Shown piece by piece: positions 19,900-29,509 of a stretch of DNA of 64,000 nt. A program made the position numbers and the translations under genes. The first letter of the stretch is position 1. The number at the start of each line of letters is the position of its first letter. Below the pieces are notes generated by a model. The model was not told where the DNA came from and ran no database searches. It saw nothing but the letters and a program-made list of their open reading frames with translations. The DNA lies in sequence record SRR31156797_5219; one strand, 5' to 3'.

Positions 19900-22444
19900 A
19901 TTTTACTCCTGCCCAAAAATTTCTCCCCATCTCATATGTTTTGTAACTATCATTACCATAATAGCCGTAACCGTTTACAATCTTTCTGTTCAGAAAATTA
20001 TTAATGTCTAATGTGAAGATAACTTTGTGCCTCTTAAAAAAAGTTTCCTCATACTCAAGCCGCAGATCAACCAGGATACTCGGCTCAAACTGCTTCTTTT
20101 CATACATCGAAGCCGTTATCGTCTCCGGTTCGCCGGTTTGCGGGTCTATTTCGCCTGTATTTTTTATAGTTATTGAAGTAGCTGTCTTAACTATCTTCTG
20201 ATATGAAGCGCGATATTTAATCATTGGGGAGATTTTTAATCTCTTAAAATATTTCCCTGTATATGTTAGGTTTGCGATAATTGGTCTGTTAAAATTATTC
20301 TTCGGTAGATCAGCTAAGGTTATAACTTCACCGTCATAAATAACCTGCTCTTCAAGATCCTCAAGGTCTATTTCATCATCATAATTCACCTGAGCAGTCT
20401 TAGATTCCTGCCACATAACATTAAAGAGTACATTATGATCTTTCCAGCTTCTGTCCCATTTAAACTGAACCGACTGGAACGAGCTGCTTCCGTTATTATT
20501 CATGGTATAATAATCTCTCTGCCCATTGGTTCCGATCACTTTCTCCTTTGCAAATTCATCCTTATTTTTTCTTGTTATGTATTTAACATTCGCAGTTCCG
20601 CCTAATAAGTATTGAGCGACACCAAGTACATACTCATCAGAATAGGGCGTCCTGAGCTCGCTATATTTGTATAAGGTATCTTCATTAGCCGTTACAAGTG
20701 TCCAGTCCTCCACCTCGTTTTGATATGTGTTTCGTATGTATTCGACCTCATTTGGCTGCTGAGAACGAAGCTTATGGTCAAGGATATTTGAGCCGTAATA
20801 CTTATTGTAACCTGTTATAATTACTGTTCTTTTATTATCAAAAACATCATATTCAAGATGAGTTCTGGGTGATAGGTCGTGATTTTCCATATAGTCGTTA
20901 TACTCATACCTAAGCCCCATTCTGAACATGAGCCGCCAAAAGCTGTATGAGTCCTGAGCATATAAATTGAGCTGGTTAATCTGAACATCATTCTTATACG
21001 CAGGTTTATAGTCGAGCTGTTGAAAATACTGCTCTCCTTCTATGCAGTCTATCCCTTCGGATTCACCACACCTCACATCCTTATCTTCTTTAGCCACTTG
21101 ATAGTCGTAAACAGCATCTGGCTGCTCCATCTCTGCACCTAGCAGAGAGTAGCTAGCCCCATAGAACAGTTTATGCTTACCCGCAAACTCAAAGCTGGCA
21201 GACGTCTGCTCAATTTTAAGGTTCAGGGTCTCTTCTGCTTTATTAAGATCACCATACCCGCCTTCGTTACTCCCCGTCTCCATGCTGATATTATCTTCGG
21301 CATAAACATCTGTATCCTCACCGGCAAAGCCCCAGTCTTTAGAACCAGTAGCTGCCCAATGATAAAAGGTATTGTTAGCTTTACGGTTGTTGAACGATCT
21401 GGAGTAGTCGCCCTGTATCTCAGTTTTCTGTTCGCCATTCTCTTTTACATACTTTAATATTGTATAATACCCGCCGCCTTCAACATCAAACCGGCTGTCT
21501 TTAACGTTTGGATAATATCGAACCTCCTTGTAAGGAGAGTATGTGAAAGAACCCTCTAAATAGCTTGAACCGTCAAGATTATGCAGCCCTTTTACATAGA
21601 AAGAGTGACTCTCTCTAGTCTCTTTCTGCCATTTGTTATAAAAACGTACCGGTATTGTTGAATCGAGATATTTATAACCGAGCATCACAGAGCTCTTTTT
21701 GCCAACAGGAGTATTCAGAACTGTGTTGAAGTAATGTTTTTCGAATTGGGGCTGATACTCAGAACTGTTGTTACTGTTTTCAAACTCCTCTTTTTTTAAT
21801 CTATCAATATAAAAGGTGCTCCACGACGACCTTGTTGTCCTGTATGATATACTTCCCCAAAGCTTCCTTGAGGGCGACTTAGTCTCTACATCGACCACAC
21901 CACCGATAAAACCACTGTACTTAACCGGGATATTGCTGTCGTAAACGGTGACTTCCTTCACAACAGAAGAATCGAGAAAGAATTTCTGCGGATGCCCTTC
22001 AACGTTGCCAACCTTATATACATTATCCTCTGCCGGGCTCATATAGCTCGAATTGACCATTCCGTCTATAAGGAATAGGTTCTGATAATCTTTACCACCG
22101 GATATTGAAACCCTCGCAGGTTTTATCTCTCCGCCGGTAAAAGAACTGCCATATTCATCATCAAACTGAACCCCTGGAACTATACGCAGCGCCTCTGTAA
22201 TATCGCCGTTACCTTTCGGAAGCATGTCAATAACATCTTCTGAAATAACACTTTTACCCTCTACTGAGTCCTGAGATACTTTCCCTTTAACTTTTACTTC
22301 ATCGACGATTAACATGTTTTTTAAATCATCAGCAGAAAGCTCTTCGGAAGCGCCTCTCTCCTCTGCAAAACAGACTGAACCAGTAAAAATAAAAAGGATG
22401 ACCGCAAAAGCGGCCACCCTAAAATTGTTAAAACCTAATTTCAT
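19889..22444 (-). CDS. TonB-dependent outer-membrane transporter (YddB/FusA-like)
   Basis: Signal peptide, DEVKVKG TonB box-like, plug GEIKPARVSISGG..QNLFLIDG, GFIGGVVD, C-terminal GRNFWAGVKYEF. Confidence 0.88.
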   Translation of the reverse strand: MKLGFNNFRVAAFAVILFIFTGSVCFAEERGASEELSADDLKNMLIVDEVKVKGKVSQDSVEGKSVISEDVIDMLPKGNGDITEALRIVPGVQFDDEYGSSFTGGEIKPARVSISGGKDYQNLFLIDGMVNSSYMSPAEDNVYKVGNVEGHPQKFFLDSSVVKEVTVYDSNIPVKYSGFIGGVVDVETKSPSRKLWGSISYRTTRSSWSTFYIDRLKKEEFENSNNSSEYQPQFEKHYFNTVLNTPVGKKSSVMLGYKYLDSTIPVRFYNKWQKETRESHSFYVKGLHNLDGSSYLEGSFTYSPYKEVRYYPNVKDSRFDVEGGGYYTILKYVKENGEQKTEIQGDYSRSFNNRKANNTFYHWAATGSKDWGFAGEDTDVYAEDNISMETGSNEGGYGDLNKAEETLNLKIEQTSASFEFAGKHKLFYGASYSLLGAEMEQPDAVYDYQVAKEDKDVRCGESEGIDCIEGEQYFQQLDYKPAYKNDVQINQLNLYAQDSYSFWRLMFRMGLRYEYNDYMENHDLSPRTHLEYDVFDNKRTVIITGYNKYYGSNILDHKLRSQQPNEVEYIRNTYQNEVEDWTLVTANEDTLYKYSELRTPYSDEYVLGVAQYLLGGTANVKYITRKNKDEFAKEKVIGTNGQRDYYTMNNNGSSSFQSVQFKWDRSWKDHNVLFNVMWQESKTAQVNYDDEIDLEDLEEQVIYDGEVITLADLPKNNFNRPIIANLTYTGKYFKRLKISPMIKYRASYQKIVKTATSITIKNTGEIDPQTGEPETITASMYEKKQFEPSILVDLRLEYEETFFKRHKVIFTLDINNFLNRKIVNGYGYYGNDSYKTYEMGRNFWAGVKYEF

Positions 22445-22453
22445 ATTTTAAGC

Positions 22454-25400
22454 CTAATCAGCATAGAAAGGAGTGGCATCAACTGTGTTTAGTTTACCAT
22501 CACCATCTATATCATCGTCTCTTTCGAGACCAGATTCTGCTATATCTTCTTCGCTCGACAATACGTCAAAGAAGTCAGGCTTGCCATCTTTATCAAGATC
22601 GTATGTAGCAACATCTTCATCTTCGAAAGCGTCACCAGCCAGCATAGCTTTAATGAGTTCATCCATACCATCAATATAATCACCGTAGGAATCTGCAAAA
22701 AATATCTTAGCTTTCTTTAAGCCAAGATCGTAAAGTCCTAGTTCAGCATAAGATTTCAGTATGTACTCATAGCGAGTTACTCTCGTACTATCCTTATCTA
22801 TGTCTTGCGTTGCTGTAGCTGTAACCTCGAGCCCGGCAATAGCAGAAGCCATGTCTCCTGCAGAAGCATAAGTCTCAGCTATTACCCTTACCGTATCAGC
22901 TTCCTCATAAGCTTCTTTATATGTCTGACCAGTAGCACCAGTAAATATTCCTGCTGCATAAGTCATAGCAGAGGCAAGTTCTGTTTTAGCTGATTCATAG
23001 TCATCAAGCATTATATAGTCTTTAGCGATATTCAGTTTGATATCAGCGAGATCTTCATTCTCAAAGTTTGCATCACCCTCGGCTGAGGCAAACACTGCTC
23101 TCGCTTTTGCAAGAACAGAAGCAACATCGTAAGATGGATCGATATCCTGAGCATGAAATGCGATTGTTGCGTAAGCTGTTGTTTTATTAACCGAATCAGT
23201 GCAATTATCCGTGTAGCTGATAGCCTTATCTATCTGGGCAAGGGCGGTTTCATTATCACCAAGCTCACTGTAAAGTGTAGCAATCTTAACATATCCTCTC
23301 TCTCCCTCTCTATTAGAAGAAGATACGAACACATCTAGCTCACCAGTAAAATCTACACTATTAGCCGCCATATAAGCCACAGCCGCATCAAGCTTACCCG
23401 TGGCATAATCGAGAGCTTTCGTCGCCAGTACGCTATCACCTGATTCAATCGCCTCAAGTGCAACACCCTCGTTTGCCCTATTATGAGCAAAGTATACCCA
23501 CGCATCAATGTAGTCATCAACATTGCCATAATCACTATCTAAAGGAAGAACTGACTCAAAAGATGTAACCGCAGCATCATAATCATCCTTACTGCTGACA
23601 AGAATAATGCCTTTTACTGCATTCAGGCGGTATGAGTCTTTAGTTATCATAGACAGAATCATCTCTGCCTCAGAATTCTCTCCAGCCCAATAAAGAGCTC
23701 CGGTGGCTTTTGAAAGATAAAACATCCACTGTGTACCACCCTCTGAATTGTCAGCCTCGTACTTAGGCTTCATATAATTTGTGTAGACGTCAATGACTTT
23801 AGCTTTATTCTCAGTATGAACGTAGTACCCTAATACATCCACATAGTAAATAAGGTGAGATGAATACCGCTTACCAGTCCTTGTTCCGAGCGGCAGGTTT
23901 TCAATATAGCCAACAAGATCCTCAGTAGCTGATTCGATCTCAGCAATTGATGCACCCTCATCAACTAAGTCTTCAATAAAACCACTCAGCGCACTAATAA
24001 AGCGGCTGAATATTGTTGTCTTATAACTTTCATCCAGACTGTCTATCTGGGCATCAATATAGGTTTTCAGAGTTGCCTCTCTCTCTGCATCCCCAATTGC
24101 GCTATATGTTCTCATAAGACTGACAAGCTCGCCAGCCTCATCTTTAGTGAAAGGTTCAGTAGGGTCTGCCTCTCTAATCCCCTTAAGGAGAGATTCAGCT
24201 TTCTGAGCATATGCAGAAGCGTCATCAGATGCTCCGCCGTGCTTATTAATATATTTCGCTATGTAACGATAAGCCTTCGCTTTATTAAGCGTTTTTATAA
24301 TAAGGGAATCAGCAATAGCAGTCGCTTTAGCAAAATGACCACCTTTTGAATAATCTAAAACACTTCTGAGATTTATCTCATCGTTAAGATCATCATCACG
24401 TACATCTGCTGTAAGCTTTCTCGCTTTATAGCCAAGGTTTATGTTTGAGTTATAGTAGTAAGAAGCGATAGCCTCATTCGTATCAGCCAAAAGGTCGTCA
24501 TCACCTAAAGGCACACTAACTACATATGCCGGACCAGCGGCAACAATATTTGCCACATCTTCGGCAAACTGCTCATTATCAGCAAGAGCTGTCAGGTTTG
24601 CAGCAAAGTTTTCTGAAATAAAATCGTCATAGCCTGAAAGACTGTAGTCACTCGCAACGACATAGCGCACCAGCTGATAAACGATAAACTTCTCAGCAGG
24701 AAGATTTGCCGCTGCCTGCTTCAATGCCTCAACAAACAGAGCCACATTGGCAGTGTATTGCTCTGATACCGTCTCAGGCTCATCAGTAATGAGACTGCCG
24801 ACAGCATTTTCAATAAGCTTTTCAATCTGAGCAGCAACAATACTGGAAACAACATCAGAACCAGCCTCAGTATCTTTAATTATCTGAGCAGTCTCCTGAA
24901 GCTCTGCAACCTTATCAGCATAGTCAGCATCATCATCGAAATCATCGTATATAACATTCAGTCTCGAAGCGACAAAATTTCCGTTATCTTCGAAAAGCTT
25001 CTGAGTAGATGTCCCGTTAACAGTCGCTCCGGCGATAAGCTCAAAAGGCTCATCAGACAATTGCGCACCCTGCTCATTGACCATCTCTCTGTATTTGATA
25101 GCGAGACTTACTAAAAGGTAAGATTTTTTGAAAAGTTCTGTATCACCGGAAGGATCAGCAAGAACATCAGCACTATCACTCAGTCCAAGAGCCTGCTTCG
25201 CATGTGCTTTCATCTCTTCTATAGTTCCGCCGTTCTGCATCATTATTGTAGTGATAGGCGATACAACAATCTCATCTTTACTCTCTGTAAATGCAGCGAG
25301 TGGCGATTCAAAAGAGAAGGATTCCATATCGACATTTGTCTCCGTATCGATACCGCCAAAAGATTTGACATAATAAAGAGTGAGATCAGCATCTTCAGGC

Positions 25401-25669
25401 AGTACAAACGCAAATTCACCATTCTCGTCTGTATAATCTCTGCAAGTTAACTGACCGGTTGTTCCACAAATGACAGCGACTGAATCGTCACTGATAAGCC
25501 TGAGTTCTACAGTTGCCCCGGATATAGCAGGGTCTGAAACGAGCCCGCCTACACTAGTAGTTGTACTGGTGGTGCCACCATCCGGATTTGGGCTACTGCT
25601 GCCCCCGCCGCCGCCGCACGCCGTAACCAGCAATACTGCGGGGATAATAAGAAACAATAATTTTTTCAT
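22454..25669 (-). CDS. Large acidic lipoprotein (1071 aa) with helical repeats and C-terminal DxDxDG Ca-binding-like motifs
   Basis: Lipobox VTAC then G/S/T linker; TPR-like middle; DLDKDGKPDFF and DDDIDGDGKLN at the C-terminus. Confidence 0.8.
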   Translation of the reverse strand: MKKLLFLIIPAVLLVTACGGGGGSSSPNPDGGTTSTTTSVGGLVSDPAISGATVELRLISDDSVAVICGTTGQLTCRDYTDENGEFAFVLPEDADLTLYYVKSFGGIDTETNVDMESFSFESPLAAFTESKDEIVVSPITTIMMQNGGTIEEMKAHAKQALGLSDSADVLADPSGDTELFKKSYLLVSLAIKYREMVNEQGAQLSDEPFELIAGATVNGTSTQKLFEDNGNFVASRLNVIYDDFDDDADYADKVAELQETAQIIKDTEAGSDVVSSIVAAQIEKLIENAVGSLITDEPETVSEQYTANVALFVEALKQAAANLPAEKFIVYQLVRYVVASDYSLSGYDDFISENFAANLTALADNEQFAEDVANIVAAGPAYVVSVPLGDDDLLADTNEAIASYYYNSNINLGYKARKLTADVRDDDLNDEINLRSVLDYSKGGHFAKATAIADSLIIKTLNKAKAYRYIAKYINKHGGASDDASAYAQKAESLLKGIREADPTEPFTKDEAGELVSLMRTYSAIGDAEREATLKTYIDAQIDSLDESYKTTIFSRFISALSGFIEDLVDEGASIAEIESATEDLVGYIENLPLGTRTGKRYSSHLIYYVDVLGYYVHTENKAKVIDVYTNYMKPKYEADNSEGGTQWMFYLSKATGALYWAGENSEAEMILSMITKDSYRLNAVKGIILVSSKDDYDAAVTSFESVLPLDSDYGNVDDYIDAWVYFAHNRANEGVALEAIESGDSVLATKALDYATGKLDAAVAYMAANSVDFTGELDVFVSSSNREGERGYVKIATLYSELGDNETALAQIDKAISYTDNCTDSVNKTTAYATIAFHAQDIDPSYDVASVLAKARAVFASAEGDANFENEDLADIKLNIAKDYIMLDDYESAKTELASAMTYAAGIFTGATGQTYKEAYEEADTVRVIAETYASAGDMASAIAGLEVTATATQDIDKDSTRVTRYEYILKSYAELGLYDLGLKKAKIFFADSYGDYIDGMDELIKAMLAGDAFEDEDVATYDLDKDGKPDFFDVLSSEEDIAESGLERDDDIDGDGKLNTVDATPFYAD

Positions 25670-25801
25670 AAAGAATCTCCTTTAATAAATTATAATTTTC
25701 GGGATTCGGAGATCCTCTACATATTATATTTTCAAAAACTTAATAAACTAAACAGCTAAGCATAATGTGTACCCAATATACAGGGACACACCGCCTAGAT
25801 T

Positions 25802-25820
25802 GATATTGACTATCACTATC
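25802..25820 (-). promoter_or_regulatory. Fur box overlapping a sigma70-like promoter of the TonB operon
   Basis: GATAGTGATAGTCAATATC is 16/19 to GATAATGATAATCATTATC; TTGACA -35 on the minus strand at 25830-25835. Confidence 0.8.
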
Positions 25821-26080
25821 ATGAAAGTCTGTCAAGAAAAAACCACAACATCAACAAACCTCCTTTAAATCACGTCAGCGGCTATAGTTAGAGAATGACA
25901 TTCTTATTATTTCAACTTTAGATTATTCAAGAAACTGCCAAACGTCAGTAAAGCACTGATGATGCCTAAATATATACATGTTCTAAGTCGATCATTTTAT
26001 ATAGAGTTAACATTTGAAAGAATTTCATAGTAAAGATGCATAGAGAGCAACTACGGTTAGATTAATATTTTTCAGGAGCC

Positions 26081-26115
26081 AGGGGACGGCTATATACAAC
26101 CGCCCCTTCTCCTTT
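26081..26115. terminator. Stem-loop downstream of the cytochrome gene
   Basis: AGGGGACGGC-TATATAC-AACCGCCCCT; pyrimidine tail lies on the plus strand. Confidence 0.5.
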
Positions 26116-26153
26116 AACAAAAGGTTGTTTATGTAAGCGTTGCTTACTTCTAC

Positions 26154-28079
26154 TTACTGCTTAAGTTCTTTCAGCATCTTCTTAGCATGTGATACATTAT
26201 GATTCATCACCGCTTTGATGAGCTTCAGTTGTTTTTTCTTCTCAGCATCCTTCTCCTTACTTATCATATGATGGAGCTTAGCTGAAAGCTGAAGGTATTC
26301 AGACTGACCTTCTGCGTATTTTTTGTCATCAAACTTCAGCTCAAAATCAATCCCTTTAACATTCCATAAGGAATTATTAATGAGGAAAGGTGCGAAGTCT
26401 TCGAGCTTTCTCCCTTTACTAAGAGATACTTCAGTGTTTGTAAAGTTACCAAAAGTCAGACCGTTGCTGTCAGCCTTAAGGGTGTATGAACCGTGGAAAG
26501 GCTTTGTAACGTCACCTTTGTTGAAGTAGGTGTACCAAGATGTAAAGTTCTGCTCGTGTGAAGAGTGACAGCTTTCGCAATCTCGCCCTTTACCGATGGA
26601 GTGAGACATCTTATCCATCTGAATCCATGCGAGCATTTTATCATTGTCGCCAAGCCCGTCGTGTGTACCTGTGATGACATACATATCATTCACCTGATCA
26701 GCCTTGCGCTCAACTATAAAGCTCTCCGGCTCACCGATTTCGGTTATACCTTTCACTTTAGTCTTATTGATAGTTCTCAGTTTAAGTCCTTCTGCCGGCA
26801 TATCTTTATCGATATTCATAGCTCCCATAGGGTAAGGTTTGAGAGGTATCCATGTCCCTGTCTCAGGGTGTTTTACAAGCATAGGTTTATCACGTTTCCC
26901 GTAGAACTCTTTATGCTTAGCATACATGTTGTTCATACCTTCAGATTTGCCCGGCCCCCAGAAAGTGAATTGATATGCACCAACTTCCTGAACGTGGCAT
27001 GAGGTACAGTCTACATTTTGGTGATCTCCAGTTTTGACCGCCTCATAAATCTCTGTATGGCAGTTTTGGCAGGATTTTCTGGCATCTTCTGAACCGAGAT
27101 GTCCGTATGAGTGATTCTCGAAAGTGTGGCAGTCGTTACAGTTAAGTCCTGCATGTTCGTGTACATCTCTAGGCAGTTCATTTACAGGGAAAGCGAACTC
27201 CTGACGAACAAAGCCTGCGCCCCTTCTTCTATCCATAGGGCCTGCGTGACATATAGTACCTTTTCCGCTTCCGTAGCATGAAAGTTTATCAGGTGAAGCT
27301 GTAAACTTATGTCTTGCCTCAGATTTTTTATAACCTTCGTAGTGGCAGTCGGCACAGGATGCGTGGCACTTATTACAGCCTCGTCCTCTCGCTTCCGCCA
27401 TTGAACCTTTATACTCATCAGGCTTTGAACACTCACCTTTCACTGCTTCATAGTTAGCCTTATCGCCAAACCAGTAGCCACAGTTCTGAGGTCCCGGAGG
27501 GGACGCTGTCCAAGTAGTAAAGCCACGCTGATATTTATTGAGTCCCATACCTGATTTATTATAATCTTTGACCTGATCCTCGTGGCAGCTTCCACAGGTT
27601 TTCATAGCTATTTCAGGACTGTAAGCCATTGTTTCAGGGTCGTGGTCGTGATAATAGAGCTGGGCAATCTTCTTGATACCCTCTTCCTTAGCCAGCTTTT
27701 TGTTTGTCGGTTTTCTGAGAAGGACTTTTGTCCTGTTCTTACCTTTCGGCTGGATAGGGTCGTAGTTTGTGATTTCTCTGCCGATAGCTTCATACTTATG
27801 ATTTTTACCTATTGCAGCATAAAAAGGTCTCGGCATCCCTTTGTGGGCATCGTCTTTGTTTAAAGCTGTGTTGTCACCTAGGTGACAGCTCACACAGGAT
27901 ATTCCGCCCATATTGACCTCATCATCCACCTTTGCGGGGTCAAGATACATCTGCGGGTATCCTAGTTCTGTTACCATAACTTCATCACCGTGACATCGAA
28001 CGCATGTTGAGTCATCCTCATATGCGTATGCCGAAAGCGAGAGCATGATTAATAAAGATATTATTACTGTTTTTAGCAC
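26154..28079 (-). CDS. Periplasmic multiheme c-type cytochrome (9 CxxCH plus one CX8CH)
   Basis: Signal peptide; CVRCH, CVSCH, CGSCH, CNKCH, CADCH, CNDCH, CQNCH, CTSCH, CESCH; CYGSGKGTICH. Confidence 0.92.
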   Translation of the reverse strand: MLKTVIISLLIMLSLSAYAYEDDSTCVRCHGDEVMVTELGYPQMYLDPAKVDDEVNMGGISCVSCHLGDNTALNKDDAHKGMPRPFYAAIGKNHKYEAIGREITNYDPIQPKGKNRTKVLLRKPTNKKLAKEEGIKKIAQLYYHDHDPETMAYSPEIAMKTCGSCHEDQVKDYNKSGMGLNKYQRGFTTWTASPPGPQNCGYWFGDKANYEAVKGECSKPDEYKGSMAEARGRGCNKCHASCADCHYEGYKKSEARHKFTASPDKLSCYGSGKGTICHAGPMDRRRGAGFVRQEFAFPVNELPRDVHEHAGLNCNDCHTFENHSYGHLGSEDARKSCQNCHTEIYEAVKTGDHQNVDCTSCHVQEVGAYQFTFWGPGKSEGMNNMYAKHKEFYGKRDKPMLVKHPETGTWIPLKPYPMGAMNIDKDMPAEGLKLRTINKTKVKGITEIGEPESFIVERKADQVNDMYVITGTHDGLGDNDKMLAWIQMDKMSHSIGKGRDCESCHSSHEQNFTSWYTYFNKGDVTKPFHGSYTLKADSNGLTFGNFTNTEVSLSKGRKLEDFAPFLINNSLWNVKGIDFELKFDDKKYAEGQSEYLQLSAKLHHMISKEKDAEKKKQLKLIKAVMNHNVSHAKKMLKELKQ

Positions 28080-28108
28080 TTTGCACCTCCATAGTAATTA
28101 ATACTATG

Positions 28109-28125
28109 TGCAAGTAACGTGCCTG
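28109..28125 (-). promoter_or_regulatory. Sigma54 (-24/-12) promoter of the cytochrome gene
   Basis: CAGGCAC-GTTAC-TTGCA, matching TGGCAC-N5-TTGC; just downstream of a sigma54 activator gene. Confidence 0.8.
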
Positions 28126-28160
28126 ATGTATGGCTCTGAGAGAGGCTTTCTCCGTTTGAG

Positions 28161-28208
28161 TTTTTGCAGAATGCAAAAAGACGGTGGCTGTTGATTGCTT
28201 TTTGCGAA
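28161..28208. promoter_or_regulatory. Putative enhancer (UAS) palindromes for the adjacent activator
   Basis: TTTTTGCA-GAA-TGCAAAAA (28161-28179) and weaker TTGC-TTTT-TGCGAA (28195-28208). Confidence 0.55.
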
Positions 28209-28219
28209 TAGGGATAGAG

Positions 28220-29509
28220 CTAAGCTATGCCGTACTCTTTCAGCTTGCGATAAATTGTTGACTGATCTATGCCTAGTTTTTCGGCTGCCTTCTGTTTATT
28301 TCCGGCGTACATGTTAAGGATACTAACGATGTGCTTCCGGGTGATGGTATCAAGGGTGAGGTCTTCGTCCGGAACCTTACAGCCTAAGTTCAGAGATGAA
28401 CAGGTCAGTATATCCGTCTGCTCAAGTATCATAGCTCTCTCTATTATATTCGAAAGTTCGCGGATATTGCCGGGGAATTCATAACCGCTCAGGCAGATTT
28501 CAGCGTTTTTATCAAGTCCGGTAACATTAGTATTTATATGATGAAATTTCCTTATGAAATGCTCTGCAAGGGGTACGATATCTTCTCTTCTATCACGAAG
28601 CGGGGGGATCTCAAGGTTGAAAACATTCAGCCGGTAGTAGAGATCTTCTCTGAAGAGACCTTTCTCCACCATTTCAAGGGGGGTTCTGTTAGTTGCGGCG
28701 ATTATCCTTATGTCTGATGTCTCCTGCACGGCTCCGCCCACGGGATAAAATGTTTTTGTCTCTAAAAACCGCAGGAATTTAGGCTGAAGGTCGAGGGGCA
28801 TCTCACCTATCTCGTCAAGGAAGAGTGTACCCTTATATGCAGTCTGAACTATACCCTTACTGTCTTTATCAGCACCAGTGAAAGCTCCTTTTTTATGCCC
28901 GAAAAGCTCCCTCTCAAAGAGGCTCTGCTGGAGGTTGCAACAGTTAATAGCGGCAAAAATCTTTCCGCTGCGGTCGCTATTCTCGTGAATATACCTCGCC
29001 ATAACTTCCTTTCCGGTTCCTGTCTCGCCTGTGATCATCACGTTTGTATCAGACTTTGCCACCCTTTGCGCCTGAGCCGCGATCTCTTTCATCGATTGAG
29101 ATGCCATTACAAAACTTTCAGACCATTTGTTGATATCTGCTGAGGATTTCAGAGATATTGTCTCCTCCGTCTTTTGCAGTTTATATATCAGAAGCTCAGT
29201 ATCCACAGGTTTAGGGATGTAGTCTGTAGCTCCCATCTTAATAGCTTTTACAGATTCATCTATACTGCTCTCCCCCGTCATGAGGAGAACGTATGTCTCA
29301 GGTGATAAAGACTTTACCCGTTCAAGAATATCAAATCCGTTCAGTTCAGGCATCCGTATATCACTCACTATTACGTCCGCAAAATTCTCAGACAAGTATT
29401 CCATCGCTGATACAGAAGAGGTGAAAGAGGTTATAGAATAATGTCTCTCAATTGTTCTCTTCAGGACTCTGTTAAGAGTTGCATCATCTTCTATCAGAAC
29501 TACTTTCAT
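28220..29509 (-). CDS. Sigma54-dependent response regulator (NtrC family)
   Basis: REC domain, GETGTGKE, GAFTGA, LFLDEIGE, C-terminal HTH. Confidence 0.95.
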   Translation of the reverse strand: MKVVLIEDDATLNRVLKRTIERHYSITSFTSSVSAMEYLSENFADVIVSDIRMPELNGFDILERVKSLSPETYVLLMTGESSIDESVKAIKMGATDYIPKPVDTELLIYKLQKTEETISLKSSADINKWSESFVMASQSMKEIAAQAQRVAKSDTNVMITGETGTGKEVMARYIHENSDRSGKIFAAINCCNLQQSLFERELFGHKKGAFTGADKDSKGIVQTAYKGTLFLDEIGEMPLDLQPKFLRFLETKTFYPVGGAVQETSDIRIIAATNRTPLEMVEKGLFREDLYYRLNVFNLEIPPLRDRREDIVPLAEHFIRKFHHINTNVTGLDKNAEICLSGYEFPGNIRELSNIIERAMILEQTDILTCSSLNLGCKVPDEDLTLDTITRKHIVSILNMYAGNKQKAAEKLGIDQSTIYRKLKEYGIA

